Source: Octopus sinensis (taxonomy: Eukaryota). From it: a stretch of 64,000 nt of DNA. The position numbers and the translations under genes were made by a program. Position 1 is the stretch's first letter. Every line of letters starts with the position of its first letter. Location: assembly GCF_006345805.1 (NCBI RefSeq), contig NC_042998.1, forward strand, positions 88,102,001 to 88,166,000. The letters are read 5' to 3'. The notes under the pieces were generated by a model that worked only from the letters and a program-made list of their open reading frames with translations, made no database searches and was not told the origin of the DNA. This document shows, one piece after another, positions 24,600-37,760 of this stretch.

Positions 24600-24940
24600 C
24601 CTTTACTTGTTTCAGTCCTTGGACTGCAGCCATGCTAGAGCACCACCTTGAAGGTTTTAGTCAAACACATCAACATCAGTGCTTGTGTTTTTAAGTTTGG
24701 TACTTTTCCTATCAGTCTCTTATGCCAAACAGCAGATTTATGGGAATGGAAACAAACCAACACTGGTTATCAAGCATTGAAAGAAACAAACACTCGCACA
24801 CACACACACACACACGACAGTCTTTCATACAGTTTCATGGCTCAGGACTATAGTAGAAGATGCTTGCACAAGATGCCATGCAGTAGGACTGAACCCCCAA
24901 ACCACATGGTTGCAAAATGAGCTTCTTAACCCTACAGCCA
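24600..24940 (-). mobile_element. CORE-type tRNA SINE, near full length
   Basis: Same modules as the 59498 copy in reverse orientation. Confidence 0.75.
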
Positions 24941-25183
24941 GCACATTTTTTTTAACCTTCTAATGGTGTTCCATAACTCTGTTTCACATAAATATTTTGA
25001 TCTTGCATGCTACAGTTTTGCAGAGAAGCAAAGGAAACAATCAGTAAAAATCACCATATCTCATCAATTACCATAACACTAACCTCAAGGGTTTTTTTAC
25101 TCTAATCCTGCTGCAATGCAAATGTAATGAATGTTTAATTATATATTTTTTCTCTCTCCATTGCTAATTGCAAATATTTTCAG

Positions 25184-25298
25184 TTATAAACATGCCATCG
25201 ATGGTCTATATCGAGTGGTCCGTGAAGAAGGGCCTGCACGGATGTTCAATGGTGCTACCATGGCCAGCAGCAGAGCAGTTCTTGTGACAATTGGTCAG
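25184..25298 (+). CDS. SLC25A10: Mitochondrial dicarboxylate carrier exon (N)YKHAIDGLYRVVREEGPARMFNGATMASSRAVLVTIGQ
   Basis: ttttcag|TTATAAACAT...GGTCAG|gt, 115 nt. Matches the recalled DIC sequence YxHAxDGLYRVxREEG...GATMASSR..LVTxGQ. Confidence 0.96.
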
Positions 25299-25303
25299 GT
25301 ATT

Positions 25304-25683
25304 ATTCTTTTATTCTTTTATTTGTTTCAGTCATATGACTGCAGCCATGCTGGAGCACCACCTTTAGTTGAACAAATTGACTCCAGGACTTATTCTTTGT
25401 AAACTTAGTACTTATTCTATCGATCTTTTTTGCTGAACCACTAAGTTACAGGGACGTAAACACGCCAACATCGGTTCTCAAGCGATGGTTGGGGGGTCAA
25501 ACACACACACACACACACATGATGGGCTTCTTTCAGTTTCCATCAACCAAATCCACTTACAAGGCTTTGGTTGGCCCAAGGCTATACTAGAAGACACTTA
25601 CCCAAGGTGCCATGCAGTGGGGCTGAACCTGGAACTATATGGTTGGTAAGCAAGCTACTTAACGCACAGCCACTCCTGCACCT
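25304..25683 (-). mobile_element. CORE-type tRNA SINE, full length, tail abutting the exon 25184-25298 donor
   Basis: TTCTTTTATTCTTTTA tail starts about 5 nt after the GT. Head GCACAGCCACTCCTGCACC at about 25665-25683. Confidence 0.85.
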
Positions 25684-28326
25684 ATATGATGTATTGCTTT
25701 TATTATTTTTTAATTTATTAGGTCACATGGAATAAAGTTCTTATTTCTAAAGTCTTATCATTATTTCATTAAGTTTTATACGATTAACTCAAAATGGTTT
25801 ATTTTTTCCCGCATCTGTTGCTTGCTGAATGTGTTATTATGGCAGTGAGTGAGAGAGAAAGAAGGGGGAGAGAGATAGAAAGAAAGAGAGGGAGGGAGGG
25901 AGAGGAAGCATCTATGTACTTCAGGAGAGGGAATCACTTCTTTTTTTTTTTTTTCTAGTTTTTAAGTTGGCAAGTTTTTGTTTTCTTTCTTTTCTCAGTG
26001 GAAGGAAAATGAGAAGAGCAACCATGTTTTATCATAAGATCCTTTATTATTTACAGAATATCTTTGTAAGGCCCTCTTTCTGCTATATTAAGGCTCATCA
26101 GCACAAGTTAAATCAAGATATCAATTTTTTTTTCTTTTTGTTTCTTATATCTTTAAAGTAATCCACCAAAAGTCCTTTAAGAATTGAGGCTAATGTTTCT
26201 TTTCCTTTTTATATTTTTCCTATTTTAGATTTGTTTTTCTATACTTGCTCACATATAGTGTTTTTTTTTTTTTGTTAGTGCATTTTATTAAAACTAGCTA
26301 GATATTCTTTGTACTGTGTGCCACTAACCATTTAATTGGAAAGTAGGTGTGGCGTCCTGTTTTTTTTTTCAGTCTGACAACTGGAGCAAGCAATGAGAGA
26401 GAGAGAGAGAGAGGTTTCAGCACAATCAGTGCAAAAATAATAGTTGTAAGATTTGAATTTATGACAGTTTGCTAATAGCTCTCAAGACTGCAAAGCCTGA
26501 CAACCTTTGTCCTTTACATGTTTCATTAATAAATACTTGTAAAGTTAAGTTTCTTACATTCTCAGTGTGTTTTATGTGAGTCTCCTTTCTGCAAAAATAT
26601 ATCAGTTCTTGGGAGCTACTCTCTTTTGGTATTTGTCATAACCAGACAAGTGGTACATCTCATGAAATTAGCCAAAGAAATACACAAAGTGATACTAAAC
26701 ATTGATATTGTTTTGCATGCCTATGTGGATAACAACAATTTCTACTTCTGTATGAACTAGATGCCAGTGCTGCCTGACTGGTTCCATGCCAGTGGCATAT
26801 AAAAAGCACCCACTATATTCTCGGGGTGGTTGGCATTAGGAAGGGTATCCAGCTGTAGAAACCTTGCCAGATCAGATTGAAGCCTGGTGCAGCCTCCTGG
26901 CTTGCCAGTCCTCAGTCAAACCATCCAACCCATGCCGGCATAGAAAGCGGGCATTAAATGATGATGATGCTGATAGTTGTGACTAGAACATTCAACTGTA
27001 AAAAAACAATAAGACTGTTGTCTCTTAACTATGTAAATATTTATCTTCCTTAAAATATTTCAAATAATGTTAGCATAGAAAATGAAAGCAAAATGTTTAA
27101 AGAAACATTTAAAAGCAGAACTGAATTAATCTATTGACCTACTTAAACTTTTTTCTTTATTTTGTTTGTACTATTTTACTTCTAAATCTGACACAACCTG
27201 TTTAACAGACCATAAATGTTATTAAAAATTCAATGGTTGTGTGATCTCAAACCTCACCGCTGCTCTTTTATTTTCCTTCAGGCTTTATTTATAGAAAATA
27301 TAATCATCTGTATAATTAAGTCATCATCTTCCTCATCATTATTACCACTGTTGTGGCTGTCATCATTTTACACTACATTCCTTGGGCGGGATGGGTTGTT
27401 ACAGATTGAGTTATTTGAAGTCACTGCCTTCCTAGGTAGATCAGAGGACCAGGTTTTACTTGGACATTTCATTTTTGGCTTGGTTCCCATAGCTGGATGC
27501 CCTTCCTATCACCAATCACTTTAAGAAATGTTTATTATGGCACCAGCACTGTCCATGACATGACTAAAAAGTTCTTTCAAACTATCTTATCTTCTCTCTT
27601 TTGTGGGCCACTTTATTCCTGGCACCAGCACTAGTGAGGTTGCCTTGTAACCTGTAAGACTAGAGAGTGTTCACTACCCTATGATGTGTCTGTTTGCTTA
27701 AGGCTAGTTACTGAGAAGATGAACAGAAAGAAATGCAACAATAAGTGAATGGTGGTAGCAAAAGTATGAGTGATTGATATCTAATGTCATCATCATCTTT
27801 ATCATTTTTAAATATCTACTTTTATATGCTTGCATAGGTCAAACAATTTACTGAGGCAGCTTTTCTGCAGCTTGATGTACTTCCTGTCACTAATCCTCAC
27901 CTGTTTCCAAGCTTAATATGTTTTCATGGGTGACTGGAAATGAACAACACTGCTTATATTTCAGTGACACTTGTTTGCAGCTATCATGCAATGTCAAGCA
28001 AGGAACTGTAACCACCACCTCCACCACCTCCAATCACATGTATACATATATTATGGGATTTTTTTTTCAGATTCTGTGTACCAAATCTACTCACAAGATT
28101 TAAGTCACCCTGAGGCTATAGTAGGTGGTTGAAGTCTTCAATTTGGGTTACAACAATTTGTTATTGGAATAACTTATATGTTTTTTTTATTATTATTTTA
28201 GATTGTTACATAACATTTAGTTTTACTATTATTTATTCTCTGAAATATTTCAGAAATTGTTTACAGTTGTTTTCCTAATTTATTTGGTGTGTAATATGAA
28301 GTCTTACATATTTCTTTGAATTTCAG

Positions 28327-28419
28327 CTTGCTTGTTATGACCAGATCAAATCATCTCTACTGGCCACAGGTTTCTTCTCAGACAATCTTGTCACACACTT
28401 TTCTTCCAGTATTATGGCA
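28327..28419 (+). CDS. SLC25A10: Mitochondrial dicarboxylate carrier exon LACYDQIKSSLLATGFFSDNLVTHFSSSIMA
   Basis: tttcag|CTTGCT...ATGGCA|gtaagt, 93 nt, phase 0, in frame with both neighbours. Confidence 0.95.
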
Positions 28420-29253
28420 GTAAGTACACACAAAAGTTTCTCATATTTTGTGTGTGTGTGGGTGGGTTTGGATGGATGGATGCATGCATGCATGCCAGCT
28501 ATATATTCTTCTGAATTACTCATAACAACAATGGAAATTTTAAAGAATAAACTTTAAAAGATATCTCAAATTCAACTGAAGTTTTAGTGGAATTTGTTAC
28601 AAAAAAAACCAACTAAAAATGCAATCACTTAAGATATTTTTACCCACTACAAGTCAAGAACACATCTTCATCTTGAGATCTTATTCTTCAAATGGCTACA
28701 ACTGAAATGCATCTTTTACTCACTATGCCAGGAATCCATGTTCTGTTGACTTTGGTAGTTCTTCAGTTTTTATTTTGTGTGACTCTGCCAATAACATCAA
28801 TGTTGCTGGGTGGTTTTCATCTTCTTTTTGGATACAAAAAACCTCCAAAGTAAAATATCTGATATGGCTTGGTGTTCAGAGTGATAACAGCAGCCAGCAA
28901 AGTTAGTTCTGCATTGCATAAGACTAGCCAAGTAAATGGAATGCATCCAAAATAATATTTATCATATTTCTGGGCATGGAAAATGTAACTAGAAAAAGCC
29001 TTGAAAATTACCTTTGTGTCTTCCATGATACTAGTTGAGAGTCACAGGACAGTTAAAATGAAGAGCAGCAAACCCCCAATTAGGTGGCAAGTGTCTAGTG
29101 ATTTCTCTCAACAGTTGATAATGAGCAATTTTGAAAGAAGGTTATAATTTACATCACATTAAAATGGAATTTGTTTCATTGAACCCGGTGAGTTAATACC
29201 CAAAGGGTTGAAGCAAAAGATTGTTTTCTTATCTACTTATATTTCCATTGCAG

Positions 29254-29334
29254 GGTACAATTGCAACTCTTCTCACTATGCCTCTAGATGTCATGAAAAC
29301 AAGAATTATGAATGCTCCACCTGGAACATACAAG
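29254..29334 (+). CDS. SLC25A10: Mitochondrial dicarboxylate carrier exon GTIATLLTMPLDVMKTRIMNAPPGTYK
   Basis: ttgcag|GGTACA...TACAAG|gtaaaa, 81 nt. Contains the SLC25 signature Px[DE]xx[KR]x[KR] (PLDVMKTR). Confidence 0.96.
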
Positions 29335-30600
29335 GTAAAAATTATATACTCAAACAAAAACCTCTAACTAGTGTAATCAATATGAAATTGCATGATTGTT
29401 ATCTGAAGCTCTCTATATATATACACACACTTTACACACTTCACACATGCACACACATATTATATGTATCCTGAAACCTTTGGCACTATGCCATGCTTCA
29501 GAAGAAGACTAATCAAGCCAAGTGAAATCATAGTTGTGGCAGATGCCAGTGTTATATAAAAAGCAACCATTACACTCTTGGAGTGGTTGGCATTAGGAAG
29601 AGCATCCAGCCATAGAAACCATGCCCAATCTGACTGGAACTTGGTGCAGCTCTCCAGCTTACCAGCCCTGGTCAACCGTCCAACCCATGCCAGTATGGAA
29701 AAAGATGCTAAATGATAATGATGATGTATATATTATTGTCATCGTTTATCATCTGTTTTCCATGCTGGCATGGATTGGATAGTTTGACAGGAACTGGTAA
29801 GGCTGCACCAAGCTCCATTGTCCGTTCCGTCGTGGTTTCTACAGCTGGATACCCTTCCTAACACCAATTACTTTACAGAGCGTACTGGGTATATATAAGT
29901 ATATAGTTAATGTGTACAGATGTGTGTGGCTCAGTGGTTAAGGTGTTGCACTCACAATTGCAAGATCATGGGTTCAATTCCCAGACCGGGTGTTGTGTTT
30001 TGTTCTTGAGCAAAGCACTTCATTTCATGTTGCTCTGTGATCATTTCGTCATCTGATATATGGCACCTGTTGCACCTATACATGTAATGTTGATTTGATG
30101 GAGGGAGTGAGTGTATGTCTACACAAACATTTGATTATCATCATCATCATCATCATCATCGTTTAACGTCTGTTTTCCATGCTGGCATGGGTTGAACTGT
30201 TTGACTGAGGTCTCAAGAGCCAGCAGATGCACCAGGCTCCAATCTGATCTGGCAATTTTTCTACAGCTGGATGCCCTTTCTAGCATCAACCACTCCATGA
30301 GTGTAGTGGGTGCTTTTTACGTGCCACCAGCACAGGGGCCAGAGGAGGCTGGCAACATCCACAATGGTTGGTACTTTTTATGTGCCACTAGCACGGACAC
30401 CAGTCAAGGCGGCGCTGGCATCGGCCTTCACTATAAACAAATTATCTGTGTGGTTGTTTGGTAAGAAATTGTTGAACCCTCATACATTGTCTAATGACTG
30501 GAATCTATCATCATCATCATATATGCATTTAATTATGTGTGTGTGTGTTTGTGTCTCCTTGTCTTTATATGATGGGATAGCTATAAATGATTATCATCAT

Positions 30601-30849
30601 CCATCTACAAGCTGTGAATTTCCGATTGCGAACAAGATAGGTGTTTTGAATTGCTATTTTCAACTCTTTACTGACCATTCATAATTTTATCAAATTTCTC
30701 TGTCTATCTTTGACCATTCATAATTTTATCAAATTTCTCTATCTGTCTATCTTATCTAATCTTATTCATTTCATATCATTTCTCCTCGTATTAATCAACA
30801 TTCGTATCTTCGTGCCATCTTGAAGCCTTTTCTCTCTAATTCACATGTA

Positions 30850-30918
<69 letters not shown>

Positions 30919-31086
30919 TACAAGCTGTGAATTTCCGATTGCGAACAAGATAGGTGTTTTGAATTGCTATTTTCAACTCTTTACTGACCATTCATAATTT
31001 TATCAAATTTCTCTGTCTGTCTATCTTATCTAATCTTATTCATTTCATATCATTTCTCCTCGTATTAATCAACATTCGTATCTTCG
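30601..31086. repeat. Direct duplication of about 170-210 bp flanking a (TC)n tract
   Basis: CCATCTACAAGCTGTGAA...CGTATCTTCG at 30601-30812 (with an extra internal about 40-bp repeat) and at 30914-31086. Confidence 0.9.
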
Positions 31087-32314
31087 CGGTGCACCCGCCC
31101 TACCCACCCCCACCACCAATACTGGATATCTATATTTTTGCTCCATCTATACCGGATGTCGCTTCTCCCACCACCATTATAGGTGTCTACTCTTCGAACC
31201 CCCCCACTCTTCAATACGCTATTTCACCATGCATTACCCCTCTCTCGATATCCTACGTTCTACTTGCCTAGAACCTGTCATCATTTCTCTGAACCACCCC
31301 TCCCCACTGGTGCTTCCCTATATTTCTGCACCCCCCCCCCACATAAAAAGCACCATCCGAACGTGGCCGATGCCAGACCCCTCTGGCACCTGTGCAGGTG
31401 GCACGTAAAAAACACCCACTACACTCGCGGAGTGGTTGGCGTTAGGAAGGGCATCCAGCTGTAGAAACACTGCCAGACTAGACTGGAGCCTGGGGCAGTC
31501 CCGAGCTCCCCAGACCCCGGTCGAAACCGTCCAACCCGTGCTAGCGCGGAAAACGGACGTTAAACGATGATGATGATGATGATGATACAAGCAGAATCCC
31601 TCATTTCCAGCCTCCCATGAAAAACGGTCCAGCCAGAAGGTAATATTACCTCACTTAGAAATTCGTGAGGATTGATGGCAGGAAATTCATCCAACCCTAG
31701 AAAATCTGCTCTAATGAATTCCATCTGACTAATGCAAGTATGGAAAAGTGGATGTTAAAAAGATGGTGGTTGTGGTGGTGGTAGTGCTGCTGCTGCTGCA
31801 ACTCATTTTTTTTACCTGATGCTCTTCCTGTCACCAACCTTTTCCTTTTTCTAAGCAACATATTTCTCCATGATTGAATGTTTTATGGAACATTAGAAAT
31901 GAATCTAATCAAAAGTGGATATTAAAATGTTGTCAAACTTTGTTCTATAAAATATGATAAAAGGAAAATGCACACAATTTATAGTAAACTAGATTAGATT
32001 TTTACAAAGAACTTAAAAGAGAAAATCAACTTTGTTGAGTGATACAAATATTTAGACCAACTCTCTTTCTTTCTTTTTATCTTTCTCTCTCTCTCTATCA
32101 CTAATCTACAAACACTAAGTGAATCTATGTTCTTTGAACTGATTCTTAACATTGGAAGCCCTAGTAATCATCTTTCATTTGAAATGTAAACAATTCTGAC
32201 CAATTCCATTTCAGCAGATAATTCTTTGATGTTAAATGTTCTTAAAAATGCAAGCTTATCATTCATAGATTCTACCATATTATTTTGTTTTGTTTTCTTC
32301 TTTTCGTTTTTCAG

Positions 32315-32371
32315 AACATTCTAGCCTGTGCTATTGAGATTAGCAGAAATGGTCCATCAGGTTTTTTTAAA
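32315..32371 (+). CDS. SLC25A10: Mitochondrial dicarboxylate carrier exon NILACAIEISRNGPSGFFK
   Basis: Long pyrimidine tract + tcag|AACATT...TTTAAA|gtaagt, 57 nt, phase 0. Confidence 0.93.
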
Positions 32372-33769
32372 GTAAGTATAAATGTTAATTTCTAAAAAAT
32401 TCAACAAAAGAATCCCCTGGAACAGAAAGATTATTGTGAATCTATTGAAAATCCCATAATTAAAATATTCTCTTGTGTTCTATGCTAAATCTATACTCGC
32501 AGGAAGTGGTTAGTATTGGTAAAATCTCCAGCACACTTTCTTATATTGTAATTCTTCATTAACTGAAGTTAAAGATGCTGTATGATTCTGAAAGAATTTG
32601 CATCCAGTGCTGCAACACAAGATTCAGCACTGAATCATAAGTACAGAAGTTGATTTGTTCAACTAAGTTCTGTAAATAGTTGCTACACTCTGTTTTGAAA
32701 TGAATGCAGCTCTCTGAAGGTAGTAATTCTTTTCTTAAATATTTTGTTGAAACTGCTTTTTATTTCAATCAGTTTTGAAAATAATGAACAATTTAATAAA
32801 CTAACATTGTCATTATTAAAATGATGCATGAAACATGAATTAGCATGCAATTTTAATGGGAAGTTTTTGACCACTTTAAGCAGGAATTTTGTAGCATAGA
32901 ACTAGAGAAATCTTAGGTGGGTTGATATCAGAAGAATTAAAATCAGAATGTACCAAAATCAGAAGTTATATAATTGAAGAATTTATATATTGTTTTAAAT
33001 TGCTGCCAGAAGAATGTTTCTGAGGGCTTCATTTCTTGAAAAGCTGATTTGGGCAATATGTTTATTATGAGAAGTATTCGAGGCCCAAATATTACTACCT
33101 TTCCACACAGAAACTGAGCTCAACAAGCTTTGACTTTGTTAATTGCAACCATTTCCTGTTGATAAATTTATGCAATTCTGTTAAGAACTGGAAATGTTGA
33201 GAAGATCTTACCCCACTCTCATCTTGTAGCATGGCTTTAACTGTAAAGGGCAAAAAAAATAAAGACATGCAATAATCACAAGCAAAAGCAAATCTATCCA
33301 CCCTTCCTAATTCTGTGTTCATATTCTGTCTTATGTTCACTTGTACCTTGTGGGTATGCTCTGACGTCTTGTCACCATCAGCTTTGACTTCTTTTCAGCT
33401 CCCTCCATCCACCCTTATATAATGTAGGAAAGCCATGTATCTCCTCTGAAGCAAAATACCTGTACCTGCCCTTTTATTACACTTTAGCCTCTCGGCACCT
33501 GGCATAGAGCCACCTCCCTCTATGTTCTACCCTGCTCAGTCAAGGGGTCTTTTCCTTTCTTTTGCAAGTTACTTGGTGACCACACTTGTGTTGGTCATGA
33601 AAAAAACACCCAGTACACTCTTAAAGTCGTTGGTATTAGGAAGGGCATCCAGCCATAGAAACCATGCCAAAACAGACATTGGAGCTCAGTGCTGTCTTCC
33701 GGCTGATTGGATTCAGTCAAACTGTCCAACCTGTGCCAGCATGGGAGACAGATATTTGTTGCTGCTGCA

Positions 33770-35660
33770 ACCCTTACTTGTACCCTGAATTCTTCACTGT
33801 ATTCATTGCCAACCTTCACCTTACTGGTAGCATCCCTATACATGGCTTGTACAGGGATGTATCCCTAGTTTCCACTTTGACCACCAGTTAAGGAATCGGG
33901 GAACCCAGTCAAAGGCTTTCGCCAAGTCAACAAAGGCCAAGTACAGAAGTTTATCTTTGGCTAAGTATTTCTCCTGCAGCTGCATTATCAGAAATATAGC
34001 ATCAGTGGTGCTTCTGCCTGGCACAAAACCAAACTGCATCTCATCTAGGCTAACTCCTCCCTAATTAGTTAGGCTATGACTCTGTCCATAACTTTCATCA
34101 CCTGATCCAACAATTTGACACCTCTGTAATTATTTCTATGTAAGGCATCACCTTTACCTTTGTAGCAGTTGACTATGGTGCTACTACAGCAGTCATTGGT
34201 TATGACTCCTTCATGGTCCATGAATATGGGTGACTAGACCGTCAGATATTTTAACCCACACCCTCAGATATTTTAAGCACTTCAGCAGTTATTCCTGATG
34301 GACTGGGGGCTTTCCCTGACTTTATATCATTAATTGCTTTATCTACCAAGGAACTGTCAATTTGGATAGCTGGTCCCTCAGCTGGGTCAACATTTGGCAG
34401 ACTCGCCTCCTCCCATTCATTCTCCATTTGCAGCAGTCTTTCATAATGGCATTTCCAAGCCTCTTTCTTTGCAGAACCATTAAATGCAAGTGCACCATTA
34501 TCCATTCAGACACATTTCTCTCCTATGATATCACAGTTTTCTCTCACACATTGTCTTGCAATCTGAAACACTTCAATTCCTTGGTCCTCACGTCACTGAA
34601 CATAGGCAAACTTCTTTTCTGCTTCTTCTTTAGCTAGATATACCTGTCGCCTAACTTACCTTCGCACTATCTAATACAGTTCCCTGCTACCCCCACTCTT
34701 CCAGTCCTTCCAGGCCTGTTTCTTTGCTCTAATGGTCTTGTCTTCTGCATTGTTCCACCACCATGACATTACCTTAGGTCTGGTTAGGACTTCGCACCTC
34801 CCACAGATTTGGTCTGTGGCTCTCAGCAAGCTGTCCCATAGGAATTCCCAGTTGCTCTTTATGTCACAAGTTTGTAGCTCCTCCTTCCTCATAAAATTTC
34901 TCACTTAGGATGTCCTTAAATCTCTGAGCACATGAAGGGTTCTTAAGCTTCCAAATCCTTCTTTTTCAGATTGGTCTGCTTCTGGCCTGGAGTCTAGAAT
35001 TACTAACAACTAGTCTATGCTGGGGGATACATTCTTCACCAGGGTGGGTCTTTGTATTTAAGAGCAACCATGCATCCTGCTGCCTGGTGAGAATGTAATC
35101 GATCTGGCTAGCATAGCCACCTGATTGGTAGGTTATCAGGTGGCTGGTCGGCTTCCTGAAGTTGTTGTTGCAGATAAGCAGGTAATTTGCATTACAGAAC
35201 TCCAGTAACCTTGTTTCCTCTTTGTTTTGTGAACCAGTTCCATGGTCCCCATGTACACCATGGAAAATACTGGGCTGCTGCCCACCATGACCATTGAAGT
35301 CCCCAGCCACAAAGATGAGATCTTTGTCATTTGTCTTAGAGGTAGCCTGCAGGAGAACATCATAAAAATGGTCCTTCTGTGCATTTGGTTGGCCTGCTTG
35401 TGGGGTATAGACAGGGATAATTGATGCTATGCTATTCTGCAAGACTAGCCTGAGCTTAAGCACTTTATTACTTACTCTGGCTATCTCTATGACCTTATCC
35501 ACCCGTTTCTCTGCAAGAAGTATGCCCACACTGCCTACCCCATCACTGTTACCTTCCCAGAAGATTCTATACCTATGAGTTTTGCCTGTGAGGAATCTGG
35601 CTGAAGCCCCTCTCCACCTTATCTCTTGGATGCAGCATACATCAAAATGCCTCCTTTCGT
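33770..35660 (-). mobile_element. RTE-clade LINE, APE endonuclease plus N-terminal RT, decayed
   Basis: DVCCIQEIRW, VY.PQAG, VAGDFNGH, SQIDYIL and QHRLVV (APE motifs); QFGFVPGRSTTDAIF and LAFVDL.KAFD.VPR (RT). Many frameshifts. Lies in the last SLC25A10 intron. Confidence 0.92.
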
Positions 35661-35719
35661 TATATTTCTGTACTTTTAATTCAGTTTTTAATTGATCCTA
35701 TTTTGTTGTTTATTTGCAG

Positions 35720-35815
35720 GGTTTCATACCAGCCTTTGTACGACTTGGTCCACACACTGTTTTCACATTCATCTTCCTTGAACAAATTCGAATGAATTTT
35801 GGCGATGATGTATAA
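35720..35815 (+). CDS. SLC25A10: Mitochondrial dicarboxylate carrier terminal coding exon GFIPAFVRLGPHTVFTFIFLEQIRMNFGDDV*
   Basis: ttgcag|GGTTTC...GTATAA. Typical carrier helix-6 C-terminus (G..P...RL.PHTV.TF.FLEQ.R.NFG). Confidence 0.96.
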   Translation, partial: GFIPAFVRLGPHTVFTFIFLEQIRMNFGDDV

Positions 35816-36429
35816 TACCATTTTGACTTTTAGTGAATAGAACTCTGTACTTAGGTTTGGTTCCGTGTTTTAGCTTCTCGTAAAAAAACTTGAATATATT
35901 TGGTGGGTTTAGTAAATATTTGGCTCATTACTATAAAAAAATTTTGTAAGAGGAAATTTTATTTTATAACTGAAATGATATTTATTTTAAATAAGTCAAA
36001 TTTATATCAATTGATTTCTACTGTTTTATGAAGTCTACACACTGTCAACTGCTCTTAGGGAGGTAACTTGTATTCTTTATTACAATCAGAGAGAGAGGTG
36101 ACTTATTTCTCTTTGCTGTTACACACTCACAAGTGTCTTATTCCTTACATTGCAGATAACATTACCAATAACATTTTTCACTTTTTCATGGCTGTCAAAA
36201 GTGACTGACATACCTTACCTTTCTAGTCAAAGAATATTGGACTGTTTTATAATTGCAGTCGCACATGAGCAACTGTCTGTTTTTACACCATTGTTATTAC
36301 AATTTTGTGATAGCATTTTCCATCACAATTACATGCATATGACATGGATTTATTTTCCAATGTATACAATCAAATGCTTTCTATCATTCACAGGACAGTT
36401 TATACAATTTCAGTATTGCTTGAATGCTG

Positions 36430-37760
36430 GTTTTTGCTTTGCAATCATATTTGCATGATAGTTTTTGCCCTTGCAGTCATACTTGTAAGAAAGTCTTCAT
36501 TTCAATCAGAGATTCATATGAAGGTTATTTGTACTAGTATGACAACCATTGCCTTCTTTTGCCATTGCATCATATTTGTATAAAGGTTGTTAACACTGTA
36601 GTCATACTTTTATGACAGCTTTATAGTTTGTCATATTTGTATGAAGGCTTTTTCCATTGCATTCATACTTGTATGAAGGCTTCTTCCTTTGTGCTCCTAC
36701 TTGTATGAAGGCTTTTTCCATTGCAGTCATACTTGTATGAAGTCTTTCCATTTAGTCATACTTGCATGAAGGCTTTTCCTATTGCAGCCATTCTTGTATA
36801 AAGGCTTTTTCCATTGTGCTCATACTTGTATAACATAGCAAATTGATACATTAGAACATTGAATATAATTCCTCTCATATTTGATGCATTATATTCAGCA
36901 GTATTTGTTTTAACTCTCTGGACACTGGGTTCAAATCCAACCAAGGTCAACCATGCCTTTCATCCTTTCAGAATCAATGAAAAAAGTACCAATCTAAGGT
37001 GATGGATTGGCAGAATTGTTAGATCAGGCAAGGTACCTTGTACTATTGGTTTTGGCTCTTAGTGTTCTGACAGCAATCCTGTGACAACACTGGTGCCAAG
37101 CTGTATCAGCCCAAGCTGGCTTTTCTCTTGGATAAACACTGTTGGCATGGAGAGGGGAAACTTACATGTGTGGACAATTGCCAGATTCTTCGAAATGTCT
37201 TGCTCAGGCCTGCATATTAGTGTGTATAATCATCTTTGTCCAACATTGTACCATCACCTCTCTTATACCTTTGTGAAGGTTTTTTGCATTGCAGTCATAC
37301 TTGTATGAAGACTTTTAAAATTGCAGTCATACTTGTATGAAGGCATTTTTCAATGCAGTCATACTTATATGAAGGCATCTTCTATAACAGTCATACTAGT
37401 ATGAAGGCTTTTTCCATTGCAGTCATACTAGTATGAAGGCTTTTTCTATTGCAGTCATACTAGTATGAAGGCCTTTTCCATTGCAGTCATACTAGTATGA
37501 AGGCTTTTTCCATTGCAGTCATACTAGTATGAAGGCTTTTTCCATTGCAGTCATACTAGTATGAAGACTCTTTCCATTGCAGTTATACAAGTATAGAGGC
37601 TTTTACAATTGCTTTCATACTTGTATGAAATCTCTACTATTGCACTTATCTTTGTATGAAAGCTTTATTTCATTGCATTTATGAGTAGCGCTCTGCAATC
37701 ATGCTAAATGCAATATGAAAACATTTCCATTGCAATCTTATTTGTATGAAGACTTTTACT
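36430..37760. repeat. 32-bp minisatellite (TTGCAGTCATACT(A/T)GTATGAAGGCTTTTTCCA) in two blocks, about 36430-36835 and 37268-37760
   Basis: Exact 32-bp period at 37391, 37423, 37455, 37487, 37519 and 37551. Degenerate copies flank them. A SINE-like fragment lies between the blocks. Confidence 0.92.

Noticed and set aside
37268-37600. CRISPR array, or zinc-finger (EKAFIQ-like) coding repeat
   Set aside because: Units are contiguous with no spacers. The 32-bp period is not a multiple of three, is not the 84-bp C2H2 period, and contains stops.
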